The position numbers and the translations under genes are program-made. Shown here in pieces: positions 1 through 12,221 of a DNA stretch of 34,536 bases; within the stretch, counting starts at the first letter, position 1, and every line of letters starts with the position of its first letter. The DNA lies in contig DALYHZ010000003.1 of the NCBI GenBank assembly GCA_031970635.1, forward strand, positions 927-35,462, in the 5' to 3' direction. The DNA comes from Methylococcaceae bacterium. GTDB lineage: Bacteria; Pseudomonadota; Gammaproteobacteria; Methylococcales; Methylomonadaceae. A model generated the notes under the pieces. That model searched no databases, was not told where the DNA came from, and was given only the letters and a program-made list of their open reading frames with translations.

Positions 1-108
1 ATGCGATTGTAATCGTCATTTCGGGCTATAATGGCAACTCAAAGCGATGCTTGCGTTTTCTTGCGTCGCGTTACACAGAATTATCAGCAACAGGAAAAAC
101 CACGCGCT

Positions 109-2488
<2,380 letters not shown>

Positions 2489-2490
2489 AA

Positions 2491-3282
2491 ATGATTGCCT
2501 ATCCTGACATTGACCCTGTTGCTGTTTCGCTTGGTGCTGTAAAAATTCACTGGTACGGGATTATGTACCTGATTGGTTTTGCGGCGGTGTATTTTCTGGG
2601 GCAATATCGCGCAAAACAAGCGTGGTCGCCAATCAAACCCGAAGCCATTGAAGATTTAGTGACTTATGGCGCGATGGGCGTGATTTTAGGCGGACGGATT
2701 GGTTATATTTTATTTTATAAATTTGGACAGTTTTTAGAAGATCCATTAGTGCTATTGAAGCTTTGGCAAGGTGGAATGTCATTTCATGGTGGAGTGCTTG
2801 GCGTGTTTATCGCAATGGCATGGTTTGCCAAAAAACAAAACTGCACGCTTTGGCAACTTACAGATTTAATCGCTCCGATTGCGCCAATTGGTTTAGGCGC
2901 GGGGCGGCTTGGAAATTTCATCAATTCCGAACTTTGGGGTAAACCAACAGACGTGCCGTGGGCAATGATTTTTCCAAATGGCGGCGATGTAGCGCGTCAC
3001 CCTTCACAACTTTACGAAGCATTTTTGGAAGGTTTCGTATTATTTGTGATTGTCTGGTTTTATACCCAAAAGCCGCGTCCAACGATGGCGGCAACAGGTT
3101 TAGCTGTGATGTGTTACGGTTGTTTTCGGTTTTTTGTGGAATTTTACCGTTTGCCCGACGCGCATTTGGGTTATCTTGCGTTCGGTTGGGTAACGATGGG
3201 GCAGGTTTTATCAACACCGATGATTTTAATCGGCGCAGGTTTAATGGTTTTTGCGTATAAAAAACATGAAAAACTATCTTGA
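2491..3282 (+). CDS. lgt: Prolipoprotein diacylglyceryl transferase
   Basis: A 263-aa polytopic membrane protein. The N-terminus [34 protein letters not shown] and [12 protein letters not shown] resemble Lgt. It is followed directly by an overlapping thyA, as in the classic lgt-thyA pair. Confidence 0.9.
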   Translation: MIAYPDIDPVAVSLGAVKIHWYGIMYLIGFAAVYFLGQYRAKQAWSPIKPEAIEDLVTYGAMGVILGGRIGYILFYKFGQFLEDPLVLLKLWQGGMSFHGGVLGVFIAMAWFAKKQNCTLWQLTDLIAPIAPIGLGAGRLGNFINSELWGKPTDVPWAMIFPNGGDVARHPSQLYEAFLEGFVLFVIVWFYTQKPRPTMAATGLAVMCYGCFRFFVEFYRLPDAHLGYLAFGWVTMGQVLSTPMILIGAGLMVFAYKKHEKLS

Positions 3283-4099
3283 ATTACTCGAAAAATTATT
3301 AACCGAAGGTACGCAAAAAGGCGACCGCACGGGAAACGGGACGCTTTCAATTTTTGGACATCAAATGCGTTTTGATTTGGCTGATGGATTTCCGCTTATC
3401 ACCACCAAAAAAGTACATTTAAAATCGATTATTCATGAGTTGTTGTGGTTTTTAAACGGCGACACAAATAACAACACGTTAGAGAAAAATGGCGTTTCAA
3501 TTTGGCGTGAATGGGCAGATGAAAATGGTGAATTAGGCGCAATTTATGGCAAACAATGGCGTTCGTGGGAAACACCCAATGGCGAAACCATTGACCAAAT
3601 TTCACAAGTCATCGAACAGTTAAAAACTAATCCAAACAGCCGCCGCATTATTGTTTCAGCGTGGAATGTCGCGGATTTGCCTGACGAAAAAATCAGCCCG
3701 CAAGAAAATGTCAAAAAAGGCAAAATGGCTCTCGCGCCCTGTCATGCGTTTTTTCAGTTTTACGTTGCAAATGGCAAACTTTCTTGCCAACTTTATCAGC
3801 GCAGTTGTGACACGTTTATCGGTGTGCCATTCAACATTGCCAGTTACGCGCTTTTGACGATGATGATTGCCCAGCAATGCGATTTAGAACTTGGCGAATT
3901 TATTTGGACAGGTGGCGATGTGCATTTGTATTTAAATCATCTTGAGCAAGCTAAAACACAGTTGCAACGCACACCGCGTGCTTTGCCAACGATGAAAATT
4001 AAACGCAAACCTGCTTCGATTTTTGATTATGTTTACGACGACTTTGAGTTAATCGGTTACGATGCCGATACACATATCTCTGCACCCATTGCTATTTGA
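3266..4099 (+). CDS. thyA: Thymidylate synthase (ThyA type)
   Basis: From ATG 3266 the product reads [38 protein letters not shown]. It has the catalytic [14 protein letters not shown], plus [21 protein letters not shown] and a C-terminal APIAI. It is nearly collinear with E. coli ThyA and overlaps the lgt stop by 17 nt. Confidence 0.95.
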   Translation: MKNYLELLEKLLTEGTQKGDRTGNGTLSIFGHQMRFDLADGFPLITTKKVHLKSIIHELLWFLNGDTNNNTLEKNGVSIWREWADENGELGAIYGKQWRSWETPNGETIDQISQVIEQLKTNPNSRRIIVSAWNVADLPDEKISPQENVKKGKMALAPCHAFFQFYVANGKLSCQLYQRSCDTFIGVPFNIASYALLTMMIAQQCDLELGEFIWTGGDVHLYLNHLEQAKTQLQRTPRALPTMKIKRKPASIFDYVYDDFELIGYDADTHISAPIAI

Positions 4100-4109
4100 G
4101 AGGTTTGTT

Positions 4110-5135
4110 ATGTTTACTTACCATCGTTTAATTGCATTTTTCCTGCTGTTATTACTCGCTGGTTGTGCGTCTGAACCGGTTATTCGGCCGAGTAAACCTT
4201 ATCCCACTGATACAGGTAAATTACCCAGTTATACGGAAGTCCGTCCCATTGTTGGCGTTTATGCAAATCAACCTGCTGTCACAGCGTTTGTGCAACACAT
4301 GGTACATGACTATGGTTTTTCAGAAGATTATTTGAACAGCCTATTTTCGCAGGCGAATAAATTGGATTCGGTTTTGCGTTTAGAAGTGGATGCGCAAGTT
4401 CCTCCCAAACCCAAATATACAGGTCCGGTTGCGCCTGAACCGCTTATTCCGCCTAAGCCAAAACCTACGCCAGGGTGGTCAAGTTATCGCAAACAATTCA
4501 TGGATGACGCACACATTAACAATGGTGTTGTTTTTTGGCGCGCCAATGCCGAAGCTCTGCAACGTGCAGCGGCAACGTATCATGTTGATCCGGAATATAT
4601 TGTCGGCATTATTGGTGTGGAAACCTATTTCGGACGTAACGTGGGTAAAACCAACACGTTCGACGCGCTCAGTACACTTGCATTTTTTACATTGCGTCGC
4701 GCTGAATATTTCACCAAAGAATTGGAAAACTTTTTACTCATGACCAAAGAAGAAGGTTATGAACCGCGAAATGTTATCGGTTCATGGGCTGGTGCGTTAG
4801 GATTAGGGCAATTTATGCCTAAAAGTTTTCGTAAACTTGCTGTTGATTTTAATGGCGACGGTAAGCGTGATTTATGGAATTCTGTTGATGCCATTGGTAG
4901 CGTTGCCCATTATTTTAGTAGTTCGGGTTGGAAATTTAATGAACCGGTCGCCACGCCTATCAATGGCGATATTGATGCTGAATACATTATTTTGGGAACG
5001 GATACTGGCAATCAATTTTGGGCAATTGGTGACAATTTTAAAACCATCAAAAAATACAACAGCAGTAACAAATATGCGATGGCTGTGCATCAATTGGGAC
5101 AATCGATTAAGCAGCGATATTTAGCAATGAAATAG
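4110..5135 (+). CDS. mltB: Lytic murein transglycosylase B-type lipoprotein
   Basis: ATG 4110 has a GAGAGG SD. There is a lipoprotein signal with lipobox LLLAGC. A Pro/Lys-rich linker is followed by the GIIGVETYFGRN catalytic-Glu motif and GALGLGQFMP, as in MltB/Slt35. Confidence 0.85.
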   Translation: MFTYHRLIAFFLLLLLAGCASEPVIRPSKPYPTDTGKLPSYTEVRPIVGVYANQPAVTAFVQHMVHDYGFSEDYLNSLFSQANKLDSVLRLEVDAQVPPKPKYTGPVAPEPLIPPKPKPTPGWSSYRKQFMDDAHINNGVVFWRANAEALQRAAATYHVDPEYIVGIIGVETYFGRNVGKTNTFDALSTLAFFTLRRAEYFTKELENFLLMTKEEGYEPRNVIGSWAGALGLGQFMPKSFRKLAVDFNGDGKRDLWNSVDAIGSVAHYFSSSGWKFNEPVATPINGDIDAEYIILGTDTGNQFWAIGDNFKTIKKYNSSNKYAMAVHQLGQSIKQRYLAMK

Positions 5136-5178
5136 CGCAGGTATCCTTTTGTGACTTAGTGTGTCGGTGTGTTAAAGT

Positions 5179-5203
5179 TTGCCGCGAACAAATAACGCGG
5201 CAA
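5179..5203 (+). other. Perfect 8-bp inverted repeat TTGCCGCG-N9-CGCGGCAA between mltB and ccp. It could be a weak terminator or an operator.
   Basis: Read directly from the sequence. There is no T-run after the stem, so it is not a canonical intrinsic terminator. Confidence 0.3.
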
Positions 5204-5271
5204 TGTCTGCGTTATTCATAGTTCAATCTAAAAATAAAAATTATATTTTGTACGATTTAGGAGAGTTAAAA

Positions 5272-6276
5272 ATGTTTAAACTTCGTTCATTAGTCACAGC
5301 GTTAGCGTTGGTGGGTTCTATTTCCGTTGCCGGCGCGTGGGAAGCATTGCCGACACAAGCACCAGAGCCTAGCGATAACCCAAGCACTGCTGAAAAAGTA
5401 GAATTAGGCAAAATGCTTTATCACGACCCACGTTTATCTTCGACTGGTACAGTGTCTTGTGCATCTTGCCATAACACAACCTTAGGTGGCGAAGACAACC
5501 GTCCAAATTCAATGGGGGTCAATGGTCAAACCGGCGGACGCAGTGCGCCAACTGTTTGGAATGCCGCATTTAACAAAGTGCAATTCTGGGATGGTCGTGC
5601 CGCAACATTGGAAGCGCAAGCCGCAGGTCCTGTGACCAATCCAATTGAAATGGGCATGAAAAGCTGGGATGACGTAGTGGCACGTTTGAAAGGTATTCCG
5701 GGTTATCAAGCGGCATTTGAAACGGTTTACGGTAAAGATTCCATTTCTAAAGACAATGCAACGAAGGCGATTGCTGCTTATGAACGCACATTGATTACCC
5801 CAAATAGCCCTTACGATAAATACGTTGGTGGTGACAAATCAGCGTTATCAGCACAACAAGTTCGCGGCATGGAAAAAGTCGCTGAACTCGGTTGCACCAG
5901 TTGCCACAGCGGTCCAGCATTTAATGGTGCTGGCACATTCCAAAAATTCCCAATGAACGGCGACAGCTATTTAGAAGCGAAATATCATTTCACTAAAGAC
6001 AAAGGCGTTGCCGAAGTCTCTAAAAAAGCGGATGACGAACATTTCTTCAAAGTGCCAACCTTGCGAAATATTGCTGTGACCGCGCCTTATTTCCATAACG
6101 GTTCAGTTGCAACGTTAGACGAAGCCGTTAGAATCATGGCAAAAGTGCAATTGAATAAAGAGTTGTCAAAAGAGGAAACCGCCGACATCGTCGCATTCTT
6201 AAATGCGTTAACCGGTGAATTCCCTAAACAACACATGCCAAAATTACCTGAAACTGCAGGTAAAACTGTCAATTAA
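5272..6276 (+). CDS. ccp: Di-haem cytochrome c peroxidase (CCP/MauG family), periplasmic
   Basis: ATG 5272 has an AGGAGAG SD. The signal peptide is MFKLRSLVTALALVGSISVAGA. There are two CxxCH haem motifs (CASCHN, CTSCHS). FWDGRA, PVTNPIEMG and KVPTLRNIAVTAPYFHNGS are typical of bacterial CCP. Confidence 0.9.
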   Translation: MFKLRSLVTALALVGSISVAGAWEALPTQAPEPSDNPSTAEKVELGKMLYHDPRLSSTGTVSCASCHNTTLGGEDNRPNSMGVNGQTGGRSAPTVWNAAFNKVQFWDGRAATLEAQAAGPVTNPIEMGMKSWDDVVARLKGIPGYQAAFETVYGKDSISKDNATKAIAAYERTLITPNSPYDKYVGGDKSALSAQQVRGMEKVAELGCTSCHSGPAFNGAGTFQKFPMNGDSYLEAKYHFTKDKGVAEVSKKADDEHFFKVPTLRNIAVTAPYFHNGSVATLDEAVRIMAKVQLNKELSKEETADIVAFLNALTGEFPKQHMPKLPETAGKTVN

Positions 6277-6283
6277 AAAATGT

Positions 6284-6320
6284 AACGGGCGTGTTTGTTA
6301 CGGCAACACGTCCGTTTTTA
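6284..6320 (+). terminator. Rho-independent terminator after ccp
   Basis: Stem AACGGGCGTG (6284-6293) pairs with CACGTCCGTT (6307-6316) with one G-U pair, followed by TTTT. Confidence 0.7.
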
Positions 6321-6415
6321 AGCCAAATTTAGTGTAAAATCATCTCGTCGTTTTAAACGGCAGTTTGTGTTATTTTTTTCAAAGTTGTTTTTATTTTAAT
6401 TATTTGGAGTTATTC

Positions 6416-7018
6416 ATGAGTGTTTTAGTTGGCAAACAAGCCCCAGATTTTACAGTTCCTGCCGTTTTAGGTAATGGCGAAATCGTTGATGCGTTCAGTT
6501 TTTCAGAAGCGACTAAAGGCAAATATGCTGTCGTATTTTTCTACCCATTAGATTTCACATTCGTTTGCCCAAGCGAATTGATTGCGTTAGATCACCGCAT
6601 GGATGAATTCACGAAACGTAATGTTGAAGTCGTTGCTGTGTCTATCGACTCACATTTCACACACAACGCGTGGCGCAACACACCTGTAAATAACGGTGGT
6701 ATTGGCGCAGTAAAATACACCATGGCAGCGGACTTAACACATTCAATTGCCAAAGATTATGACGTAGAAGCGGATGCAGGCGTGGCATACCGTGGTGCGT
6801 TTGTTATCGATACAGCTGGTAAAGTGCGTTCGCAAATTGTGAATGATTTGCCATTAGGTCGTAACATTGATGAATTATTGCGTATTGTTGATGCGTTGCA
6901 ATTCCATGAAGAACATGGCGAAGTTTGCCCAGCAGGTTGGAAAAAAGGTGATGCGGGTATGAATGCAAATCCAGCAGGCGTTGCAGAATACTTAGCGAGC
7001 AATGCTGACAAATTATAA
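6416..7018 (+). CDS. ahpC: Typical 2-Cys peroxiredoxin (AhpC/TsaA family)
   Basis: ATG 6416 has a GGAG SD. The peroxidatic Cys lies in FFYPLDFTFVCPSEL and the resolving Cys in HGEVCPAGW. The product is 200 aa. No ahpF is adjacent. Confidence 0.9.
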   Translation: MSVLVGKQAPDFTVPAVLGNGEIVDAFSFSEATKGKYAVVFFYPLDFTFVCPSELIALDHRMDEFTKRNVEVVAVSIDSHFTHNAWRNTPVNNGGIGAVKYTMAADLTHSIAKDYDVEADAGVAYRGAFVIDTAGKVRSQIVNDLPLGRNIDELLRIVDALQFHEEHGEVCPAGWKKGDAGMNANPAGVAEYLASNADKL

Positions 7019-7034
7019 GTCGAGCTGGTAAAAC

Positions 7035-7075
7035 AAAAGGCGCAAGGTTTTAAAAATCTTGCGCCTTTTGTGTTT
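7035..7075. terminator. Bidirectional rho-independent terminator between convergent ahpC and the 86-aa gene
   Basis: AAAAGGCGCAAG (7035-7046) pairs with CTTGCGCCTTTT (7058-7069). A- and T-runs flank both sides. Confidence 0.8.
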
Positions 7076-7335
7076 TAAGCATTGTCGCGTTTGGCATCAG
7101 CGAGTAATTTTTGACGAACTAATGCCGCGCCAACCGTTGCAATAACCGCTGGCAACGTTGAGGCGACGATACGATTAGTCGTCAGCGCATCGGTGAGCAA
7201 ATGTGCCGCTTCCCACGTTATGCCAAAACCAATCAGACCGACAATCACCCATTTAAACGGTTCTTGATTATGCTCTTTTGCGCTGTAATAAAACCAAACT
7301 AAAATCGCAACGGCTGCAATTTTTGCTAATAACAT
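7075..7335 (-). CDS. Small (86 aa) membrane protein of unknown function
   Basis: There is a strong SD (AAGGAGA, 7340-7346 on the - strand) before ATG 7335. Two to three hydrophobic segments are present (IAAVAILVWFYY, WVIVGLIGFGITW, TLPAVIATVGAALV). I recognise no family. Confidence 0.6.
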   Translation of the reverse strand: MLLAKIAAVAILVWFYYSAKEHNQEPFKWVIVGLIGFGITWEAAHLLTDALTTNRIVASTLPAVIATVGAALVRQKLLADAKRDNA

Positions 7336-7377
7336 TGTTGTCTCCTTTTATTATTTTTATAAGTTTGAAATCATAGC

Positions 7378-8448
7378 ATGACGTTAAAAAAACCGCCCGT
7401 TGAGTTCGATTTTGCCGCTGCTTTATTGACGTGGTTCGATACGCACGGACGAAAAGATTTACCGTGGCAACAGGATAAATCGCCGTATCGCGTGTGGTTA
7501 TCAGAAATCATGTTGCAACAAACGCAAGTCGTGACGGTGATTCCGTATTTTGAAGCGTTTGTTGCTCAATTTCCGACGATTGAAAGTTTAGCCGCCGCAC
7601 CGCTTGATGATGTTTTACAACGTTGGGCAGGGTTAGGTTATTACGCACGAGCCAGAAATTTACACAAAGCCGCGCAAATGATTGTGCAACGCGGTTATTT
7701 TCCCAACTCGTTGCCCGAATTGTTGGAATTATCCGGCATTGGTAAATCGACAGCAGGGGCGATTTTAAGCATTGCTTTTCAAAAATCGCATCCAATTTTA
7801 GATGGCAATGTGAAGCGTGTTTTAACCCGTTTTTACGCGATTTCAGGTTGGACAGGCTTGCGTGAAATTGAAACGAAATTGTGGGAACTGAGTGAAAAGA
7901 TTACGCCTGTGGAACGTTGTGATGATTACACACAGGCGATTATGGATTTAGGTGCGACCCTTTGTACTCGTAGTAAACAGCGTTGTTATGATTGTCCAAT
8001 GTCTGCGGCTTGCGTGGCATTTTCGACTAACACCGTTGCCCATTATCCCTCGCCCAAACCAACTAAAAAATTACCCATTAAGCAAACGTTTTTTCTACTT
8101 ATTCGCAACGAACAGCAAGAAATTTGGTTAGAGCAACGTTCGCTAAAAGGCATTTGGGGTGGTCTTTGGAGTTTGCCAGAAGTTGAAACCATTGAAGACG
8201 CGCAAAATTGGTGTCAGCAAAAAAATTTGACCATTCAACATCAACAATTGTTATTGTCTCAACGCCATACGTTTTCGCATTACCATTTGGATTACACGCC
8301 ACTATGTTTAGAGGTTAAAACGTTAGAAAATTCAAATTTTCACACGCGCGAACAATGGCAAAATCGCGCATTACCGACACCGATTTACACACTTTTAAGA
8401 ACGAATCGAAGCGACGATATTTTCAACTTCACCACCGACGCTCCATAA
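7378..8448 (+). CDS. mutY: A/G-specific adenine DNA glycosylase
   Basis: [24 protein letters not shown], an HhH-GPD region ([15 protein letters not shown]) and a 4Fe-4S cluster loop [17 protein letters not shown] are present. The C-terminal part is NUDIX-like. Confidence 0.9.
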   Translation: MTLKKPPVEFDFAAALLTWFDTHGRKDLPWQQDKSPYRVWLSEIMLQQTQVVTVIPYFEAFVAQFPTIESLAAAPLDDVLQRWAGLGYYARARNLHKAAQMIVQRGYFPNSLPELLELSGIGKSTAGAILSIAFQKSHPILDGNVKRVLTRFYAISGWTGLREIETKLWELSEKITPVERCDDYTQAIMDLGATLCTRSKQRCYDCPMSAACVAFSTNTVAHYPSPKPTKKLPIKQTFFLLIRNEQQEIWLEQRSLKGIWGGLWSLPEVETIEDAQNWCQQKNLTIQHQQLLLSQRHTFSHYHLDYTPLCLEVKTLENSNFHTREQWQNRALPTPIYTLLRTNRSDDIFNFTTDAP

Positions 8449-8754
8449 TTTTTCCAGTTGATAATGTTCACGCGCTTGTTGTGTCATCGCATGAACAATC
8501 ACATCGCCTAAATCGAGTAACACCCAATCTGAAGTCATATCGCCTTCCATACCAAGCGGGTGAACACCATTTTCTTTTACTTTGGCTTCAACGTAATCGC
8601 ATAAGGCTTTCACTTGGCGATTCGATGTACCGGTGACGACAATCATATAATCGGTAAAACTGGTTTTATCACGCACATCTAAAACCACTATGTCTTGTGC
8701 TTTACGTTCGTTTAATTCGCTTTCAACTAAAGCTAATAATGTCTCTGTTTGCAT
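8395..8754 (-). CDS. rsfS: Ribosomal silencing factor RsfS (Iojap/YbeB)
   Basis: [34 protein letters not shown] and [30 protein letters not shown] are collinear with E. coli RsfS. It lies downstream of nadD, as is usual. Confidence 0.9.
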   Translation of the reverse strand: MQTETLLALVESELNERKAQDIVVLDVRDKTSFTDYMIVVTGTSNRQVKALCDYVEAKVKENGVHPLGMEGDMTSDWVLLDLGDVIVHAMTQQAREHYQLEKLWSVGGEVENIVASIRS

Positions 8755-8784
8755 TGTGTTCCTATTTTAAAATCAATCAAAAAA

Positions 8785-9408
8785 TCAGCGTTGATAAAGC
8801 CGATGTTGAATAATGTAATGGATAACCGCGTCTGGTAACAAAAAACGCGGGTTTTGTTGGGCGGTAATCATACCGCGAATTGCGGTTGCAGAAATGGCTA
8901 ATTGCGTAATTTCTTGAAAAAAGAGATGACCAGAACAATGTTCTTTTAAAAGGGCTTTTTCATCAGTCAATTTCGCGGCAAAAAATCGATTAAGTGGATT
9001 ATTTAATTCGGCATTTGGACGAGTAATGACCACGACATGCGCTAGATTAAATAATTCTTGCCAACGAAACCATGTTGTTAATTCATTAAACGCATCGCTA
9101 CCAATAAATAAAAGCAATGGTGTGTTTGGGTAATCATGGCGTAAAGCTGTTAATGTATCGAATGTGTAAGACTTTCCAGCGCGTTGCAGTTCTTGTGCAT
9201 CGACAATGAAATCGGTTTGATTTTGTGTTGCTAATTGCAACATTTCTAGACGTTGCGTTGCTGTTCCTGCTGGTTGTTCACGATGAGCAGGACGAGCGCA
9301 AGGAATTAAACGAACGTGGTCAAGCTCAAATAATTCCTTAAGTTCTAACGCTGAACGCAAATGCCCGTAATGAACGGGGTCGAATGTACCGCCGAAGATG
9401 CCAATCAT
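8785..9408 (-). CDS. nadD: Nicotinate-nucleotide adenylyltransferase
   Basis: The N-terminus IGIFGGTFDPVHYGHL carries the (H/T)xGH nucleotidyltransferase motif. ISATAIR lies near the C-terminus. The gene is in nadD-rsfS synteny. Confidence 0.9.
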   Translation of the reverse strand: MIGIFGGTFDPVHYGHLRSALELKELFELDHVRLIPCARPAHREQPAGTATQRLEMLQLATQNQTDFIVDAQELQRAGKSYTFDTLTALRHDYPNTPLLLFIGSDAFNELTTWFRWQELFNLAHVVVITRPNAELNNPLNRFFAAKLTDEKALLKEHCSGHLFFQEITQLAISATAIRGMITAQQNPRFLLPDAVIHYIIQHRLYQR

Positions 9409-9845
9409 GAGGCGAGTAAATTTTTTGAATACGCTAGCGTGTTATGAACAATTTTAATCAGCTCAGGTGTTAAATCACGCACTTCAGCGAAAACGGATTC
9501 TAATTCATCGTCAATATATTCATGCACAATTTCGTTGCGTAAATCATTTAAATCACGCATCACGTCAATGCTTTCAAATAATTTCCGTTTATGTGCTTTG
9601 TTGATAGTGTCAATTAACGTGCCTTGTGTTTCAAATTCGGCGGCATCAATCGCGCGAAAAACTTTGCGAACTACAAAATCAATTGTGCGTGAAAAACGAC
9701 TACACAAATTTTCGTAATGGTTAATAGTTTCAATATCGAGCAGCGCGTTTAAATCAATTTGCGCCACTTGTTCAAAAGAATAACTAAGCCAAAAAAGTTG
9801 TTTTTCAAGCAATGTGATTTGAGTTTGTAAATTTTCGATGCTCAT
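9405..9845 (-). CDS. HEPN-domain protein (HepT/DUF86- or HI0074-like), the putative toxin of an MNT-HEPN pair
   Basis: It carries the R-x4-H-x-Y motif in LRNEIVHEY near the C-terminus. The protein is 146 aa and looks helical. A 4-nt ATGA overlap links it to the upstream minimal nucleotidyltransferase gene, and another links it to nadD. Confidence 0.7.
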   Translation of the reverse strand: MSIENLQTQITLLEKQLFWLSYSFEQVAQIDLNALLDIETINHYENLCSRFSRTIDFVVRKVFRAIDAAEFETQGTLIDTINKAHKRKLFESIDVMRDLNDLRNEIVHEYIDDELESVFAEVRDLTPELIKIVHNTLAYSKNLLAS

Positions 9846-10126
9846 AAACTTATCGCTGTTGGAAAAATCATTCTGACAAATGGTGTTTCAAGTTCACCCG
9901 AATCTAAAACTAAATCAATTTTTTGTTCACCAAATTTATCGCAAAATTGACGTTTCACTTTTCGCAAAGCAGATTTTGTTAAATGTTTTGAAAAAATTAA
10001 CACGTCAATATCGCCACCTTTTTTACTGTCATCAACGCGACTACCAAATAAAAAGACTTGTGCGTTTTGGTCAAAAGTTTGGATGGCAGATTTCAATGTT
10101 TCGCGTTCTGCGTTCGTTAGTCGCAT
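9842..10126 (-). CDS. Minimal nucleotidyltransferase (MNT/MntA-like), the putative antitoxin
   Basis: This 94-aa protein contains LFGSRVDDSKKGGDIDVLIF, matching the GS-x(n)-D-x-D polymerase-beta-type nucleotidyltransferase motif. It is paired with the HEPN gene. Confidence 0.75.
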   Translation of the reverse strand: MRLTNAERETLKSAIQTFDQNAQVFLFGSRVDDSKKGGDIDVLIFSKHLTKSALRKVKRQFCDKFGEQKIDLVLDSGELETPFVRMIFPTAISL

Positions 10127-10136
10127 GAGTTATCTT

Positions 10137-12221
10137 TTAATTGCTGAACTGCAACTCAGGATAAACTTTTTGCGCCCAATTTATCGCACCATCTCTAGCT
10201 TGTTTCAAAGCAGGTACATCTTCAATCGCATTTATTTTTTTCATAAATTGATGTGTTTTTGCCATATCTTTTGAAAACCGATAAGTGTTTGCATAACAAG
10301 CAACCGCTTTGCGTTCATCTCCACTCAACGCAAACACATCGCCTAAATTCGACCACGCCGCCGCTCTGTCTGGTGCTAACAATAAAGTTGCAATCAACAT
10401 TTGTTGAGCAAGTTCTAAATTTTTTTGTTTCAAATAGGCAAAACCCAAATTGTTGGCAATTTCAACATCGGAAGCATCTAAACGATGAGCTTCAGAAAAT
10501 TTCGCCACCGCGCCATCAATATCTTGTTTGTTTAATAGCGCGTGACCTTCATCGTTAATTTTGCGGGCGGCTTTTTTGTTGCCTTTTTTAGGTTTGGGAG
10601 AAGATTCAATTTTGAGTTTTGCTTCTTGGATTTCAGATTCGTGACCAACGCCGCCATTATCCACAGCGGAATCAAGCATCTGCATTACGGACGATTTTGT
10701 TGCTGACGTATTTTGAACGATGGCTACTGTTTCATTTTTGACAGCGGGAAGTTGTGCGCCCTGTTTTTCTTCGTATTCTTTACCATTGAAAACGTACAGG
10801 CTATTTTTTGCTGGAACAACTTTGTCATTTATTTCTTCAGTTCCTTTTTTTGTTACTAACAAATCAGGGTATTCTTTTTGGCTTTCAATTATGGATATAA
10901 CTCCTTTGTAAGCTGCTTTTTTACTAGAATTATTTTCATCATAAAAACCAGAGTTATCTAATCCAGTTGCTATAGAGCCAATGTAATGCCAATCATTTTT
11001 TGAAAATAAAAATAAATTACTCCAGTTATCTTCCACGCCAAAATGAACATCGCTATTTTCGAGCAAAAATACTGTTTTACTCTCAGAAAGATGTAACGAT
11101 TTAGTCTGTGTAATACTCGGTACATCTCCATAAGCTCCAAACTCTCCAAAATCAGACTGTTTAGACAAAATTTGCCACCAATCTTTTTCCTTTTGGTATG
11201 TTGCTATTCCAATTTTAACTCCACAAGCATGACAATCGTCGAACAGTCCATTTTCAGATGTTTTTGTGAATATGACATGAAAATTGTCGTTTCCATTTTT
11301 AAAGGATTGTTCAAACCAAATTTTGGTGTGACTGTCTTTTGCTAATTCTTTTAAAAATCGAGTACGAAGTACATTTAAATCACGACTACTAAAAAACTCG
11401 TATTTTTCATTGAGAAAACGGTAAGTTTCTTGCGTTTTAGTTTCAGTAACATTGAAAGTAAGGATTAAATCAGGATGTTCATAATTTGTGTTTGTGTGAG
11501 CTTCTGATATTTCGTTATCAAAAATACTCAAATATGAATACTCTTTTTCAACCTGCCATGTATCGCCTTTTTTCACAAAAACAACAGAACTTAATAAAAT
11601 GTTTTCTGGATAACTAACCGAAGTTGAAGTCAGCACAATGTGCTTTGTATTTCCATCTTGCGTAAATTCTTTTGATTCGAGAATTTTTACTGTTCCTGTT
11701 TTACCTGCAAATTTCTCATAATTTTCTAAATTGCTAGGCGGATCGATATTTTCCCAAGATGCCGTTTTTGTATTCGCATCATAATTACTAAACAAAATTT
11801 CAAGAGCTTTGCCATCATCAAAAGCTCCCGTAATCATTCGATTTTCTTCTGCTTTATCACACGCCATTTTGACCAAGGCAGTAACGTCCGAATTATCTGT
11901 TGGCAACGTCAACGTTTCGGAAGCAAACTTTTCTTGGCTTGTACCGTCTTGGCGATATTTCACACCTTCTTCTGCAACGAAACGGCTCTCACAATTCGTG
12001 TCGGCATTTTGAATCACATAACTGTCAGTCAAATCTCTGACCATGTTAAAACTCACCCAGCCGCTACGATCTCGTTTAATTGTGTTGGTGTCGAGGTAAA
12101 ATTTCGCCGCTTTTTTATCCGCGCCAACGGCTGTAAAGCCTGCGAACTTTTCTTCTTGTTTATCGCAAGCGATGAGCATAAACACCAACGACATGGCTAC
12201 TGCAAAAGATTTGAATTTCAT
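10137..12221 (-). CDS. 694-aa lipoprotein of unknown function with C-terminal TPR repeats
   Basis: The lipoprotein signal is MKFKSFAVAMSLVFMLIAC. The N-terminal segment FYLDTNTIKRDRSGWVSFNMV resembles the small adhesin-E-like lipoprotein fold family. About 400 aa of AT-rich unrecognised sequence includes a CHAC motif. A Lys-rich linker is followed by about 3 TPR units (ANNLGFAYLKQKNLELAQQ, AAAWSNLGDVFALSGDERKAV). Confidence 0.6.
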   Translation of the reverse strand: MKFKSFAVAMSLVFMLIACDKQEEKFAGFTAVGADKKAAKFYLDTNTIKRDRSGWVSFNMVRDLTDSYVIQNADTNCESRFVAEEGVKYRQDGTSQEKFASETLTLPTDNSDVTALVKMACDKAEENRMITGAFDDGKALEILFSNYDANTKTASWENIDPPSNLENYEKFAGKTGTVKILESKEFTQDGNTKHIVLTSTSVSYPENILLSSVVFVKKGDTWQVEKEYSYLSIFDNEISEAHTNTNYEHPDLILTFNVTETKTQETYRFLNEKYEFFSSRDLNVLRTRFLKELAKDSHTKIWFEQSFKNGNDNFHVIFTKTSENGLFDDCHACGVKIGIATYQKEKDWWQILSKQSDFGEFGAYGDVPSITQTKSLHLSESKTVFLLENSDVHFGVEDNWSNLFLFSKNDWHYIGSIATGLDNSGFYDENNSSKKAAYKGVISIIESQKEYPDLLVTKKGTEEINDKVVPAKNSLYVFNGKEYEEKQGAQLPAVKNETVAIVQNTSATKSSVMQMLDSAVDNGGVGHESEIQEAKLKIESSPKPKKGNKKAARKINDEGHALLNKQDIDGAVAKFSEAHRLDASDVEIANNLGFAYLKQKNLELAQQMLIATLLLAPDRAAAWSNLGDVFALSGDERKAVACYANTYRFSKDMAKTHQFMKKINAIEDVPALKQARDGAINWAQKVYPELQFSN

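Noticed and set aside
4064-4071. A third GCCGATAC octamer, in the 3' end of thyA 39 nt upstream of the mltB start
   Set aside because: The 8-mer at the -35 position with an 11-nt spacer is TGAGTTAA, only 3/8 to TAAAGTTT, and it lies inside coding sequence. This is not enough to call a FliA promoter, though it is worth including in a genome-wide PWM scan.
5173-5199. A perfect TAAAGTTT -35-like octamer upstream of ccp
   Set aside because: Eleven nt downstream the sequence is ATAACGCG, which has no GCCGATAA-like -10. The octamer overlaps the 5179-5203 hairpin instead.
10657-10665. A perfect DnaA box, TTATCCACA
   Set aside because: It is a single copy inside the 694-aa coding region. There is no cluster, no AT-rich DUE and no ori context.
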